From positions 1 through 59,551 of IMG/VR virus record IMGVR_UViG_3300025789_000004: a DNA stretch of 59,551 bases; one strand, given 5' to 3'. The stretch comes from a virus (lineage: Duplodnaviria > Caudoviricetes). Shown in pieces: positions 11,343 through 20,423 of this stretch. Position numbers and translations under genes: made by a program. A model generated the notes under the pieces. The model worked only from the letters and a program-made list of their open reading frames with translations, was not told the origin of the DNA and did no database searches. Numbering within the stretch: position 1 is the first letter of the stretch; every line of letters begins with the position of its first letter.

Positions 11343-12077
11343 TTATATCCCCGTCTGCGGAACCTGTACGTAATTATACGGCAAGCCGACATCTGCAGTT
11401 ACAATTCGGCTTGTCCCAGTCAGAAGGCTGCCAGCTGGGATAGCCACATTTGACATGTACGTAAATGCCGTTGCGGTCGTCACGGTCACACTAAACAAGC
11501 CATCTGCCTCTTTGTTGGTGAGTCCGGCGGCAGAAATCTGCGCATTGGTAACAAGGCCGTGCGGAGAGGAGCACGTAACTGTAACCGTCGTAGTCCCAAT
11601 CGAAGACACTGACAGCAGCGGCAGTGCTGCACCGTACTTTACTGTGCCATTCAGAGGCATGATAGCGTTCTGATCCACGTCATTGGGAACGCCCAATGGC
11701 TGCGTGGTCATGTTCTGCCCATCTTGCGTCAACAGCGTCGTAGTGGACGGAACGGGGATGCCAGTCACGGAGTCATAAACGGTCGGGGCACTGATCGTGC
11801 TATAGTCAGTCTCTGCGCCCGCAAAGTCCTGCGTTCTAGGCTGGACAATCGGCACTGGATCCGCTGGCACCACAATAGCCCGCAACTGCTCCTGCGGGGT
11901 GTCGAGGCATCGGTCGCATACCAAGATGCGGATGTTCTGCAGAGCAGCACCGCGCCAATCGTACTGCCAATGTAGATCTACGTGATTATACCTAAATCCG
12001 CACCTGTCGCAAATCGCATGAGCCTGCGGATTGCTCGAATCTGTTCTGGCCCGCCCAGACCGGGAAGCATAGGCCAT
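11343..12077 (-). CDS. Virion-module protein with N-terminal Zn-ribbon
   Basis: CDRCG and CDRC pairs; beta-rich C-terminus. Confidence 0.55.
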   Translation of the reverse strand: MAYASRSGRARTDSSNPQAHAICDRCGFRYNHVDLHWQYDWRGAALQNIRILVCDRCLDTPQEQLRAIVVPADPVPIVQPRTQDFAGAETDYSTISAPTVYDSVTGIPVPSTTTLLTQDGQNMTTQPLGVPNDVDQNAIMPLNGTVKYGAALPLLSVSSIGTTTVTVTCSSPHGLVTNAQISAAGLTNKEADGLFSVTVTTATAFTYMSNVAIPAGSLLTGTSRIVTADVGLPYNYVQVPQTGI

Positions 12078-13132
12078 TACCTATAATACCCTGAAACCAT
12101 TGGGGAAATATAATACTGCGCCGTTTCCACGTTCTGCTGGACGGCAATTTGATATGCCTCATCCGCCAGAGGCTTGAGCAGCGCCATCTTATCGGGTGAC
12201 CAGATCGACGCCAGACGCTGCGCTAGTCCGTACGCAAATGCCTCAAGGAAGTATCCGGGCATATTGACCGTTTGGCCATTGGTAAAGTTGGCGTCGTCAA
12301 TCTGGCCCACTTGGTAGTAGCTGAACGACGATTGGGTGCCGTCAGGAACTGGCCACAGGGTAACGGTACCGTTAATCAGACGATCCTGCCAATAGGTCGT
12401 AGGAAAGCCCTGCTGGTCCTTATTGGGATACGAGGCATACTCCGTGCGGCTAATCGGCAGGATCAGACGGTCAATCGACTGAGCGGTTTCGCCAATCATC
12501 TGGGAAATGGCAACCGTTTGAGAATTGTTAAGGTTATAGCTAACTCCCGAGATTGCCTCAGAAGAAACTGTTATAGAATTATTCAGAACCCAATTGCCGC
12601 CGCTTGTTGAAACAATATATGTTCCGCTAGGAATGGAATTGCCAGTGATGGCCATTCCTACTGCCACCGAACCGCTGTTCGTGCTTGATACCGTCAGAAC
12701 ACCGGCGGTGATGGATCCAGTAAACGAAGCATTGTTTACGGAAGTAATCGTAGTACCATTGGTAATGGATTGACCAGATATTACTGTTCCAGATGAAAGA
12801 TAGACATTGTTTGTAACAGTCAGCGTCGTGCCATTGATATAGCCGGTGAACACTGTGCTGCCTGTGGTCACATAGGCATCAAGCATGACGATATTGTTGC
12901 TGGGAACAGAGTACGTGGATTGGCCTTGCACAAGCGGAATGCTCTGCAGAGTCACCATCCAAAGGTTTACACCTTCAGATGACCAACGCCCCAGCAGCAG
13001 GTTTGCGGCCATACGGGCCGATTCCATGTGCTGCTGGGTAATGGCAGTGTTTCGGATCCCGCACAGATTGAATGCGTACAGGACCAACTCGCCCAATGAC
13101 GGGTTGTAGTTATAGGTGCCACTCGCCGTCAT
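12077..13132 (-). CDS. Head-tail connector/adaptor protein with inserted beta-rich domain
   Basis: GVNLW, ISRTEYASYPNK, LWPVPD, FLEAFAYGLA motifs. Confidence 0.6.
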   Translation of the reverse strand: MTASGTYNYNPSLGELVLYAFNLCGIRNTAITQQHMESARMAANLLLGRWSSEGVNLWMVTLQSIPLVQGQSTYSVPSNNIVMLDAYVTTGSTVFTGYINGTTLTVTNNVYLSSGTVISGQSITNGTTITSVNNASFTGSITAGVLTVSSTNSGSVAVGMAITGNSIPSGTYIVSTSGGNWVLNNSITVSSEAISGVSYNLNNSQTVAISQMIGETAQSIDRLILPISRTEYASYPNKDQQGFPTTYWQDRLINGTVTLWPVPDGTQSSFSYYQVGQIDDANFTNGQTVNMPGYFLEAFAYGLAQRLASIWSPDKMALLKPLADEAYQIAVQQNVETAQYYISPMVSGYYR

Positions 13133-13142
13133 TGGCTATTCC

Positions 13143-13958
13143 TTACAGAGTGCCGTCGTTTTTGATCAAGTACCCGCCAATAAAACAACTCACGGAGCCG
13201 TTGATGCCGCCACTGTTGGTCTTTGCTTGCCACTGCAGGTCGCAGCCAGCCGAGTAAGGGATGGGGACGGTGAAGGGGATGTTGAAGAAGCCCGTGGAGA
13301 ACGGGGAAATCTGGGCCTGCTGCGTGTTCTGGTTATGCGGGATCGAGTACCCGTTCAGGACCAGAGTGGAGGGCAGGTTGTAGAATTCCTGCGTCTGGAA
13401 CAGAACCGCCTGATTGGCGAGCGTGCTATTAGCCTGAAGCAGGGTCTGGTAGAAGGTGTAACCGTTGGGAACAGTGTACACCGCCATCTGCGTCTGGCCA
13501 AAGCCGGGGTTGATCTGGCCATACACTGTCGTGCTGACTTTGGCCGTGATCGTGCCGACGTTGGAGAAGTTGGTGCAGTACAGGCCATTGACGCGGAGGT
13601 AGGAGTTTACCGACGTGACGGCGGTCGTGCCATTCAGTGTCAGCGTTTCCGACTGCAGGTTGAAGTTTGCGTCCAGACCAGAGATGAATACAACCCCGGT
13701 GTCTGACGTGCTCGAACTCGCGAGGGTAAGCTGCGATGCGGTAGACAAGTAGGTGTAGTTGTTCTGCGTGGCGTTGTTGGCCCCTTCCCAGACGGTCTGG
13801 GGAGTAGTGGTATTGCCAATTCCCGATGAATAACCGAAGATAGCAACCGGCTGATGAAACGTAATCTGGCCACGTCCGACTTGCAGATCAAATGGCTCAT
13901 TCCGGCCAGTGCGAGTGATCGACGGACTAACGGTCCCGGTGGTAACAAAAGCTGACAT
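13143..13958 (-). CDS. Virion structural protein
   Basis: Beta-rich ORF (GLDANFNLQSETLTLNG, AVYTVPNG) in the head-tail operon. Confidence 0.5.
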   Translation of the reverse strand: MSAFVTTGTVSPSITRTGRNEPFDLQVGRGQITFHQPVAIFGYSSGIGNTTTPQTVWEGANNATQNNYTYLSTASQLTLASSSTSDTGVVFISGLDANFNLQSETLTLNGTTAVTSVNSYLRVNGLYCTNFSNVGTITAKVSTTVYGQINPGFGQTQMAVYTVPNGYTFYQTLLQANSTLANQAVLFQTQEFYNLPSTLVLNGYSIPHNQNTQQAQISPFSTGFFNIPFTVPIPYSAGCDLQWQAKTNSGGINGSVSCFIGGYLIKNDGTL

Positions 13959-13959
13959 A

Positions 13960-14133
13960 TTACTCGCCCTTCTTGTGGCCAGCGCGGGCCGCTGCTACGT
14001 TGTCTACTAGATTTGGGTAAGGCCGTCCAGCGGCTCTTGCTCGCGCCTTGGCATCTTGCACGCTTTTGCGGTTCAAATGCTTGTGCTCAGCATCGCTAGG
14101 CGCTTCCGTTTCCCAGAACGGCTTCTTCAGCAT
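13960..14133 (-). CDS. Small basic hypothetical protein
   Basis: AKARARAAGRPYPNLVDN; overlaps the upstream stop. Confidence 0.55.
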   Translation of the reverse strand: MLKKPFWETEAPSDAEHKHLNRKSVQDAKARARAAGRPYPNLVDNVAAARAGHKKGE

Positions 14134-14396
14134 TTTACGTCCCACCGCTTCAGCGCCAGATTGATCCGGCTGTTCGGGTCATGCGCCGTTTTGGGCGATG
14201 CCAAGCTATGCTTGAGTCCGCACATCCGAGTCCTAAAATTCTCACGCCGTTGCGCAGCTTCTGGACTATGCTCAGCTTCAGATGCGGTCACAGGGCGCTT
14301 GATGTTGTGACCTTCCGCGCGCAGTGATGCGCGGCCCTTATCATTCAATCCACCAGCCGGGGATTGGCCTTCTTTGCGCTGCCAAGTGTCAGACAT
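14127..14396 (-). CDS. Conserved basic phage protein (DUF6321-like)
   Basis: WQRKEG..GGLNDKGRAS..RRENFRTRM..SRINLALKRW recalled pattern. Confidence 0.6.
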   Translation of the reverse strand: MSDTWQRKEGQSPAGGLNDKGRASLRAEGHNIKRPVTASEAEHSPEAAQRRENFRTRMCGLKHSLASPKTAHDPNSRINLALKRWDVKC

Positions 14397-14411
14397 TGCA
14401 ATCTCCATAGC

Positions 14412-14435
14412 AAAACGGGGGCCGTTAAGCCCCCG
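14412..14435 (-). terminator. Rho-independent terminator
   Basis: CGGGGGC-ttaacg-GCCCCCG followed by TTTT on the minus strand. Confidence 0.75.
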
Positions 14436-14462
14436 CTCGCTTTTTAATGGACTAGATTGGCC

Positions 14463-14858
14463 TCAGAGGCCATCCATTTCCATGTCCAGCTTACGGCCCT
14501 TGGGGACTTCAGCCTTGGCAGCCGACGAGAACGGGTGCGATTCACACGAACCACCCGACTTGCGCGGCTTGCGGCCCATGTGATGCTCGGCCTTTTCACC
14601 ATGCATTTCTACATGCTTCTTGCCGACCATGCCGCCACGCTTGCGCTTTTCGCGCCCCATGGTCGATTCGTGCTCAGGACCCATGCCTTCTGCACACTTG
14701 CCGCCCGACTTCCGCTTGGCGCGGCCACCGCGCTTACGCTCTTCGGCCTCACGGTCGATTTCGCGCGCGTTGGTACGTGCTTCCGGGTGGTCGTGCAGGT
14801 CTTTTTCAGCTTCATTCACACCGCCAGTGTTACGGTGCTTGCGCATGTGGCTTTTCAT
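14463..14858 (-). CDS. Basic internal head protein with R-K-x-GG repeats
   Basis: RNTGG, RKRGG x2, RKSGG x2; K/R/E/H-rich. Confidence 0.6.
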   Translation of the reverse strand: MKSHMRKHRNTGGVNEAEKDLHDHPEARTNAREIDREAEERKRGGRAKRKSGGKCAEGMGPEHESTMGREKRKRGGMVGKKHVEMHGEKAEHHMGRKPRKSGGSCESHPFSSAAKAEVPKGRKLDMEMDGL

Positions 14859-14868
14859 TTAAGCCTCC

Positions 14869-15387
14869 TTAGTAGACGATGTTACCGTTGCCGGTGGTGT
14901 AGCTGTTGTAAGCCTGTGCGTACTTCACAACCAAGGTTGCAACGCCCGAGCCGGTATTCGTAGAAGTGACAACAATCTGAACGTCGGTCGGCCCGACGTT
15001 CAACCAGTTGGAAATCTGCGTAGCGCCGGTTCCGGGAGTCACAGTGACCTTGCCAAGGTTGGTGCCATCAACTGCACCAGCAGTGGTAAGTGCGGTAGCC
15101 GAAGCCGTGGTGCCGAAGCCCAAGGTCTTGGCGGTTCCCGTCCACCCAGTCGTCACAAACAGATCAATCGAGGTGATGAAGCTGTTTGCCGGAATCACCA
15201 GCGAGGTCGTGTAGACGCCTGCCGAACTTCCGTTAGTCGCCTGATAGATAACCTGCGCCTGAACCATATCGGTCCAACCAAGGTTCTGTTCACCGCTGCT
15301 GCCACCGACACCGGCAAGATTGCCGGTGCCATCGCTGTTAAGTACGTTCCCTGCGAACAGGGGACCAGTAAAGGCTGTAGCTGACAT
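14869..15387 (-). CDS. Capsid-associated structural protein
   Basis: TAFTGP N-terminus, IPANSFITSI; directly after the capsid gene. Confidence 0.55.
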   Translation of the reverse strand: MSATAFTGPLFAGNVLNSDGTGNLAGVGGSSGEQNLGWTDMVQAQVIYQATNGSSAGVYTTSLVIPANSFITSIDLFVTTGWTGTAKTLGFGTTASATALTTAGAVDGTNLGKVTVTPGTGATQISNWLNVGPTDVQIVVTSTNTGSGVATLVVKYAQAYNSYTTGNGNIVY

Positions 15388-15410
15388 ATTTAGTCTCCCT
15401 TACAGCACTA

Positions 15411-16325
15411 TTACGAGGTCGGGAACGAACCGTAGATCGAGCGCCAGTTGTAGTACCCAAACGAGTACCGCTCATAGCCCTTGACCAGCAGGTTGTCGGT
15501 CACAAAGTCCACCTGCATGTCGGTTTCGAACTTCACGCGTTCCATGTACGACAGACCGTCGATGTTGGTCAGCAGGAACCAAGCATACGACGAGGTCAGG
15601 AAGTCGTTGACCATGTAACCTTCAGGCAGGCCACCAGCAGTCGACAGGATCGCGTTCACGTCGTTGTCGGCAGTACCCGGACGCAGTTCCGTCTTCGTCA
15701 GACGAATTGCAACGGGTTCAAGCTGCGGCGGAACGATCAGCTTACGACCGCGAGCAAACACCTTCAGACCAGCCTGATCCTTGAAGTTCGTGCGGATTGC
15801 GATCATCGCATTCAGCAGCGTAGCTTCGTTCAGGTCAACCTGCGTCGAAGGAGTGTTAGCAACCGTACCACCGTCAATCGGGTGCGAAGCCGAGCACAGC
15901 GCAACGCCGTCAGCGCCGATAGCGGCGTTGTAGGTGGTGGCGGTGTTCAGAATGTTCGCGCCGTAGATTTCCTTGGTCTGCTGAAACGATTCAATCAGGC
16001 CGAGGTTCGACGGGTGGAACTGCGTCTTGTACAGGTTGTCGTCAATGGCCTTACGCGTGATGGCATAGCCCAGCGCAATTTCATTGTGCTCTTGGTTGTA
16101 GATGTAGCGTTCACCAGCACCATTGTCGAAGGAGGTCTGGCCGCCTTCAGTCTTAAGCTGGGCAAGACCGAGGTAACGCATTTCAGCGGTACGTTCGAGA
16201 GCCAGCTTCGAGTCGTGCTTCGTGAAGATCTTGTCGTACTGAGACGGAATCATCTCGTACTTGCCCTCAATCCCCCGGAGACCGGGGAGGAGAAGGTCTT
16301 TAATTGCTGAAAGATTAACAGCCAT
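15411..16325 (-). CDS. Major capsid protein
   Basis: LLLPGL, ALGYAITRKAIDDNLY, DGVALCSASHP, LIVPPQL, ERYSFG..WR; strong codon bias. Confidence 0.88.
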   Translation of the reverse strand: MAVNLSAIKDLLLPGLRGIEGKYEMIPSQYDKIFTKHDSKLALERTAEMRYLGLAQLKTEGGQTSFDNGAGERYIYNQEHNEIALGYAITRKAIDDNLYKTQFHPSNLGLIESFQQTKEIYGANILNTATTYNAAIGADGVALCSASHPIDGGTVANTPSTQVDLNEATLLNAMIAIRTNFKDQAGLKVFARGRKLIVPPQLEPVAIRLTKTELRPGTADNDVNAILSTAGGLPEGYMVNDFLTSSYAWFLLTNIDGLSYMERVKFETDMQVDFVTDNLLVKGYERYSFGYYNWRSIYGSFPTS

Positions 16326-16338
16326 TGTGCCTTACTCC

Positions 16339-16956
16339 TTAGACGGCGGTCAGATTCTTGGTTTCGACGTTATTAAACGCCACAACCGCGTAGTTATATG
16401 CACCCGACGAAGTGCCGTTGGCACCCGGAGGGTTGGCGGGAAGCGACACAACACGGAACGGAAGCGTCGAAGTGGTCGCAGGAGTCACCGTGATGTCGAT
16501 GTAAGCGCCCGAGATACCCGTCGAGGTATTGCCGGTGCCGTAAGCGAACTGCACGTTCAGGCCGATCTGAGCAGCAGTCAGACCAGTCGAAGACGAACCG
16601 CTAACCTGCGCAAGGAACTGCGCATTCGGATCGTTGACGATGTAGGCTTCCGTAACGCCTTGGTTGGCGCTCGAAACGTCCGAACCCGGCCAATAGTTCG
16701 ACCAGACGGTGCGCTTCTGCGAAGTCGAGAGGTACTTGCAACCTTGGAAGATGCCAGCAATCGTGGTCGTGCCGGGGCCGGGGCCAGTGGTCACGCCAGC
16801 AATTGTGCCGTCCGAAAGACGAAACACTGGGTCGCCGTAGAAGATGTTCGCAGTATTGTAGTCAATTCCGCCAATCAGAGTAACCTGCTCATACGTAGGG
16901 GCCGAGCCGGTGCCACTGGACTGACGGAAACCGAAAGGGGCGTTGGTATTCGCCAT
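16339..16956 (-). CDS. Capsid decoration/cement-like protein
   Basis: MANTNAPFGF, IFYGDPV, GIFQGC, DPNAQF; immediately upstream of the capsid gene. Confidence 0.6.
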   Translation of the reverse strand: MANTNAPFGFRQSSGTGSAPTYEQVTLIGGIDYNTANIFYGDPVFRLSDGTIAGVTTGPGPGTTTIAGIFQGCKYLSTSQKRTVWSNYWPGSDVSSANQGVTEAYIVNDPNAQFLAQVSGSSSTGLTAAQIGLNVQFAYGTGNTSTGISGAYIDITVTPATTSTLPFRVVSLPANPPGANGTSSGAYNYAVVAFNNVETKNLTAV

Positions 16957-17085
16957 GTCGGGAATCCTTTTCAGGAAAGTCGTCGTCGCACACCGGGGCG
17001 ATTAAAGACTTGAAACTGGTTAAATCTCCACACCGAGGGAGATCGACTGTAACCCTGCTACTATTTAGGGCAGATTGTCAACTGC

Positions 17086-17117
17086 AAAATAAAGGGGCGG
17101 TAGTTAGCCGCCCCTTA
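17086..17117 (-). terminator. Rho-independent terminator
   Basis: GGGGCGG stem, 7-nt loop, then TTTATTTT on the minus strand, just after the 17121 stop. Confidence 0.8.
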
Positions 17118-17120
17118 TTG

Positions 17121-17762
17121 TTACTCTGGAATCGGAATTGATTCGTAAGAACGCTTAACCTTGACCAGCGACTGGTCCTTGTTGGTGCGCTCAAACTGAC
17201 CGCCTTCTGCCGAATTGAGTTGGGCTTCCTTCTGCCGGACCTGCCGACGGGCCTTGTTCAGTTCGATCAGACGCGCTTCATCACAAATTTCCTTGGGACG
17301 CTCCATAAGGATCATGCCCTTGCGCTCGATAACCGGATAGTTGCCTTCCAGAGGCATGTAGGCCGGGTGACGCGCAGTGGGGACGGCTTCCCAGCCTGCA
17401 CGAGCCAACTGCACCTGATAGGCCGGATCTTCTGCGCCAAGGAACGTCTTACGCTTCCATTCGTATTCCCAGCCTGCCGGGACGTCTTCCTTGTTGATGC
17501 GGAATTCATCAACGCCTTCGTCCATCTCGCCAAGGTGGTCACGCAGTTCAGCGGTACGACGAGCAGCGCGGGTGCGCGGATCTTCCTCACGCAGCGACGG
17601 GCGCAATTCCGGACGGACAATCGGAGTGGGAATAGGAGCCGGTTCAAAGGCTTCCTCCAAGACGTGCTGCATAGGCTCTTGCGCCGCTGCATTTGCCTTG
17701 ATTGACTGTTCAACTGCTTTTTTGACCTGCGGGGGACGCCCGCGCTTCGGTGGAATACCCAT
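17121..17762 (-). CDS. Conserved head-module hypothetical protein
   Basis: PAGWEYEWKR, GWEAVP, GMILMERP. Confidence 0.55.
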   Translation of the reverse strand: MGIPPKRGRPPQVKKAVEQSIKANAAAQEPMQHVLEEAFEPAPIPTPIVRPELRPSLREEDPRTRAARRTAELRDHLGEMDEGVDEFRINKEDVPAGWEYEWKRKTFLGAEDPAYQVQLARAGWEAVPTARHPAYMPLEGNYPVIERKGMILMERPKEICDEARLIELNKARRQVRQKEAQLNSAEGGQFERTNKDQSLVKVKRSYESIPIPE

Positions 17763-17774
17763 AATCTAATCTCC

Positions 17775-18647
17775 TTAACGGTTCATTTTGCCTTCGCGGA
17801 TCAGCGCGAGTTTCTGTTTGCCATATTCCTGCTCAGTCATGCCCATCATGCTGGCAATCTCACGCTCTGCGCCCGTCAGGGTAACGCGGTTGGGCGACGT
17901 ACCCGGAACCGTGCTCATGCGTGAAACAGGTGCCGCAGGGGGCGAAGAACGACGCTGAACAGGCGCTTCCGGTTCCGGAGTGCGAATGCGGAGCGTGCTT
18001 TCGATAGAGTTGAAATACTCATCACTATCGGGAGCAATGCCATCAGCATCCGCCAGATTGTGCGCCGCAATCATCTTGCGATACAGGTTCTGGTCGGTCG
18101 CATACTCGGGGTGGCGACGGACCCAATCTGCCGAACGAGGCGACAACTGCGATGCCAATGCCTCCACAGGGTCTGCCACATAAGGAGCAGGCGCTTCCCG
18201 CTTGGGTGCCGTTTCCAGAGCCTGCCTGCCCTGTTCAAGCTGCATCAAGCGTGCAGCATTTGTGGCAATCTCAGTTTGGATGTCTGCGGCAGCAGCAAAA
18301 TCACCAGTTGCCATGGCGTTCTGGTAGTTGGACTTGAGAATGTCAGTCGTCTGCTTGACCGACTCAATGGCATTGGCAACCAGATGCTTGTTGCTATCCT
18401 GCGCCTCGGCCTGATACCGATATGCCTCTTGGGCTGCTTCATTGGCGCGGCGTTCTGCTTCTGCACGGGCCTGACGCTCGCGCTCAAACTTCTCGCGCAT
18501 TTCCTTGAGCGTATTGTCCACTGGATCAGGCTCAGGAGCCTTTTCCTCTGCCTTCTCAACGACGATTTCGGGTTCTTCAACCTTATGATCGTCATCAAGA
18601 ATCAGTTCAATCTGTTCTTCATTGCCATCCGACATAAGATTCTCCAT
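17775..18647 (-). CDS. Scaffold-like coiled-coil protein
   Basis: Acidic coiled coil; C-terminal LTGAEREIASMMGMTEQEY; lies between portal and capsid genes. Confidence 0.65.
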   Translation of the reverse strand: MENLMSDGNEEQIELILDDDHKVEEPEIVVEKAEEKAPEPDPVDNTLKEMREKFERERQARAEAERRANEAAQEAYRYQAEAQDSNKHLVANAIESVKQTTDILKSNYQNAMATGDFAAAADIQTEIATNAARLMQLEQGRQALETAPKREAPAPYVADPVEALASQLSPRSADWVRRHPEYATDQNLYRKMIAAHNLADADGIAPDSDEYFNSIESTLRIRTPEPEAPVQRRSSPPAAPVSRMSTVPGTSPNRVTLTGAEREIASMMGMTEQEYGKQKLALIREGKMNR

Positions 18648-19039
18648 TACCAGACCTGATCGGGGTGCTGAATGCGGCCACGGACGTTGGTGTCATCCAG
18701 CATGCGGCACAGAACGCCGTTGACAGTGATGCTCCAGCCGTCGGAGGGGCGGAATACCACCCAATCGCCTTCTTCGACCTTGACGCCGTTGAACCAGTTG
18801 CCGTTTGGATCATCAAAGGCTTCCGGACCCATCTTCATGACAAGACCTACTTTGCCTTGGATCTTGTCCTCATCACGGTGAGCATCCGGAAGGTAGATGC
18901 CAGACTTGGTTTTTTCAGGGCGGATGTAAACCGCGACCAGAATCTTGTTGTTAAAGATTTCAATGTCATCAATGTTACCAATCTCATTAATGATGCCCTG
19001 CTTGGGGTCGGTATCGTGTGTCATAACCATATGTGGCAT
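18647..19039 (-). CDS. GroES-like co-chaperonin
   Basis: KILV..EKTKSGIYLP mobile loop, VMKMGP, VEEGDWVVF. Confidence 0.85.
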   Translation of the reverse strand: MPHMVMTHDTDPKQGIINEIGNIDDIEIFNNKILVAVYIRPEKTKSGIYLPDAHRDEDKIQGKVGLVMKMGPEAFDDPNGNWFNGVKVEEGDWVVFRPSDGWSITVNGVLCRMLDDTNVRGRIQHPDQVW

Positions 19040-19051
19040 TATAGTCTCCAG

Positions 19052-19261
19052 TTAGCGTTTCGACATAAAATGGTTCACTTCGTCGCATAGTTCATAGACT
19101 GAGCGAAGTGATGTAATTCTTCCAAGTTCGTACTTGTAGTCCTCATAGGACATTACTGCGGCTGGATGCGTGATCTTTTCTGCTATGTTAGCAACTTCAG
19201 CATCAATCAGTTTACGCAATTCGACCTCAAAGAGGCTATTGTAGTTCATAATAGGATCCAA
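19052..19261 (-). CDS. Hypothetical protein
   Basis: SYEDYKYELGRITSL, typical small helical gene upstream of phage GroES. Confidence 0.5.
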   Translation of the reverse strand: MDPIMNYNSLFEVELRKLIDAEVANIAEKITHPAAVMSYEDYKYELGRITSLRSVYELCDEVNHFMSKR

Positions 19262-19309
19262 TCAAATAATTGGGGCGGCACCCCTTCCAATGAGCGCCGC
19301 CCTAGTAGT

Positions 19310-20347
19310 TTACTTCTTACCGTACCAATCAATCTTTTCCAAGCGGCCTTTGCCACCGCCTGCACCGTCTTCCAACTTATATTCAGCGCGCCCACCGCGC
19401 TTGCGACCCATCGGCATAGGGCCAGCGGGAGGAGCGCCTGCGCCTGCGGGAACCGGGTAGGGCATCGGCATCGGAGCGCCAGCAGCTGGCCCCTGCGGCG
19501 GCATTGCAACAGGAACGCTACGTGGCGGCTGCGGCATACCCGGCTGTGGCTGCATTCCGCCCTGCGGCTGCTGCTCATGGCCACGTCCAATCGCGATCAC
19601 GATGTTGGTCTTGCCCTTGGTGCGGCCGCCGCTGGCACGGGCGGTGCGGCCACCAGTGGGGCGCGTGCCCTGCAGTTCGCCGTCGAGGGCTTCGCCGCCG
19701 CGCTTCAGCTTCAGCTTTTCATGCTTACCGCCATGTTCGGCATTTTCATGCTCGCGGAAAGCCTTCTTGATCAGTTTCTTTTCGCCTGCAACGGTGACAT
19801 TGCCGCCGCGCTTGTTGCCGCTACGAACGGGCATCGGGCCAGCGTCGTCAACTTCTTCGGTGGGAACGTAACGCGGCTGGGGCTTCGGCGCAGCTTTTGG
19901 AGCCTGCTTCTGGTCATCGTCCCAAGACGATCCCGTAACGCCAAAGTTTTTTCCGCCCATATCGGCATTCACACCAGCGCCGCCTGCGGCTTTCTTGGTG
20001 CGACCACCACGCTTGAACGCGCCGATATGCTTTTCGCCTTCGCGCTTTTCGTTGGCTTCCTTCACATCGCGGTTGATCAGGCTGTCGGCAGTCAGTGCCT
20101 TGCCGCCTTCAGCGCGACGGGGACGCTTACCGGCATGCTTGACAGCATCCTTGCCCGTAACAGCGACGACCTTACCGCCTTTTTTGAACGCACGACGCGA
20201 AATCGGACGTGCGCCAGTCTTTACGCCTTCGCTCAGAACTTCTTCTGGACCGTAGTCAGAAGCGTCAACCTTACCCTCAACACCCTTGGTCAAGCGGTGG
20301 ATCTTCGCACGCATAGAGCGGCGGGCCATCCGGGACATTTCCGACAT
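19310..20347 (-). CDS. Basic low-complexity internal protein with repeated K/A-x-GG motifs
   Basis: About nine x-K/A-x-GG motifs; Pro-rich C-terminus. Confidence 0.65.
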   Translation of the reverse strand: MSEMSRMARRSMRAKIHRLTKGVEGKVDASDYGPEEVLSEGVKTGARPISRRAFKKGGKVVAVTGKDAVKHAGKRPRRAEGGKALTADSLINRDVKEANEKREGEKHIGAFKRGGRTKKAAGGAGVNADMGGKNFGVTGSSWDDDQKQAPKAAPKPQPRYVPTEEVDDAGPMPVRSGNKRGGNVTVAGEKKLIKKAFREHENAEHGGKHEKLKLKRGGEALDGELQGTRPTGGRTARASGGRTKGKTNIVIAIGRGHEQQPQGGMQPQPGMPQPPRSVPVAMPPQGPAAGAPMPMPYPVPAGAGAPPAGPMPMGRKRGGRAEYKLEDGAGGGKGRLEKIDWYGKK

Positions 20348-20423
20348 TACAGTCTCCTTCCATACCGCCGTAGCGGCGAATGTAGAAGCATTAGCGGGTT
20401 TTTACTTGACATGCAAGTAACGG

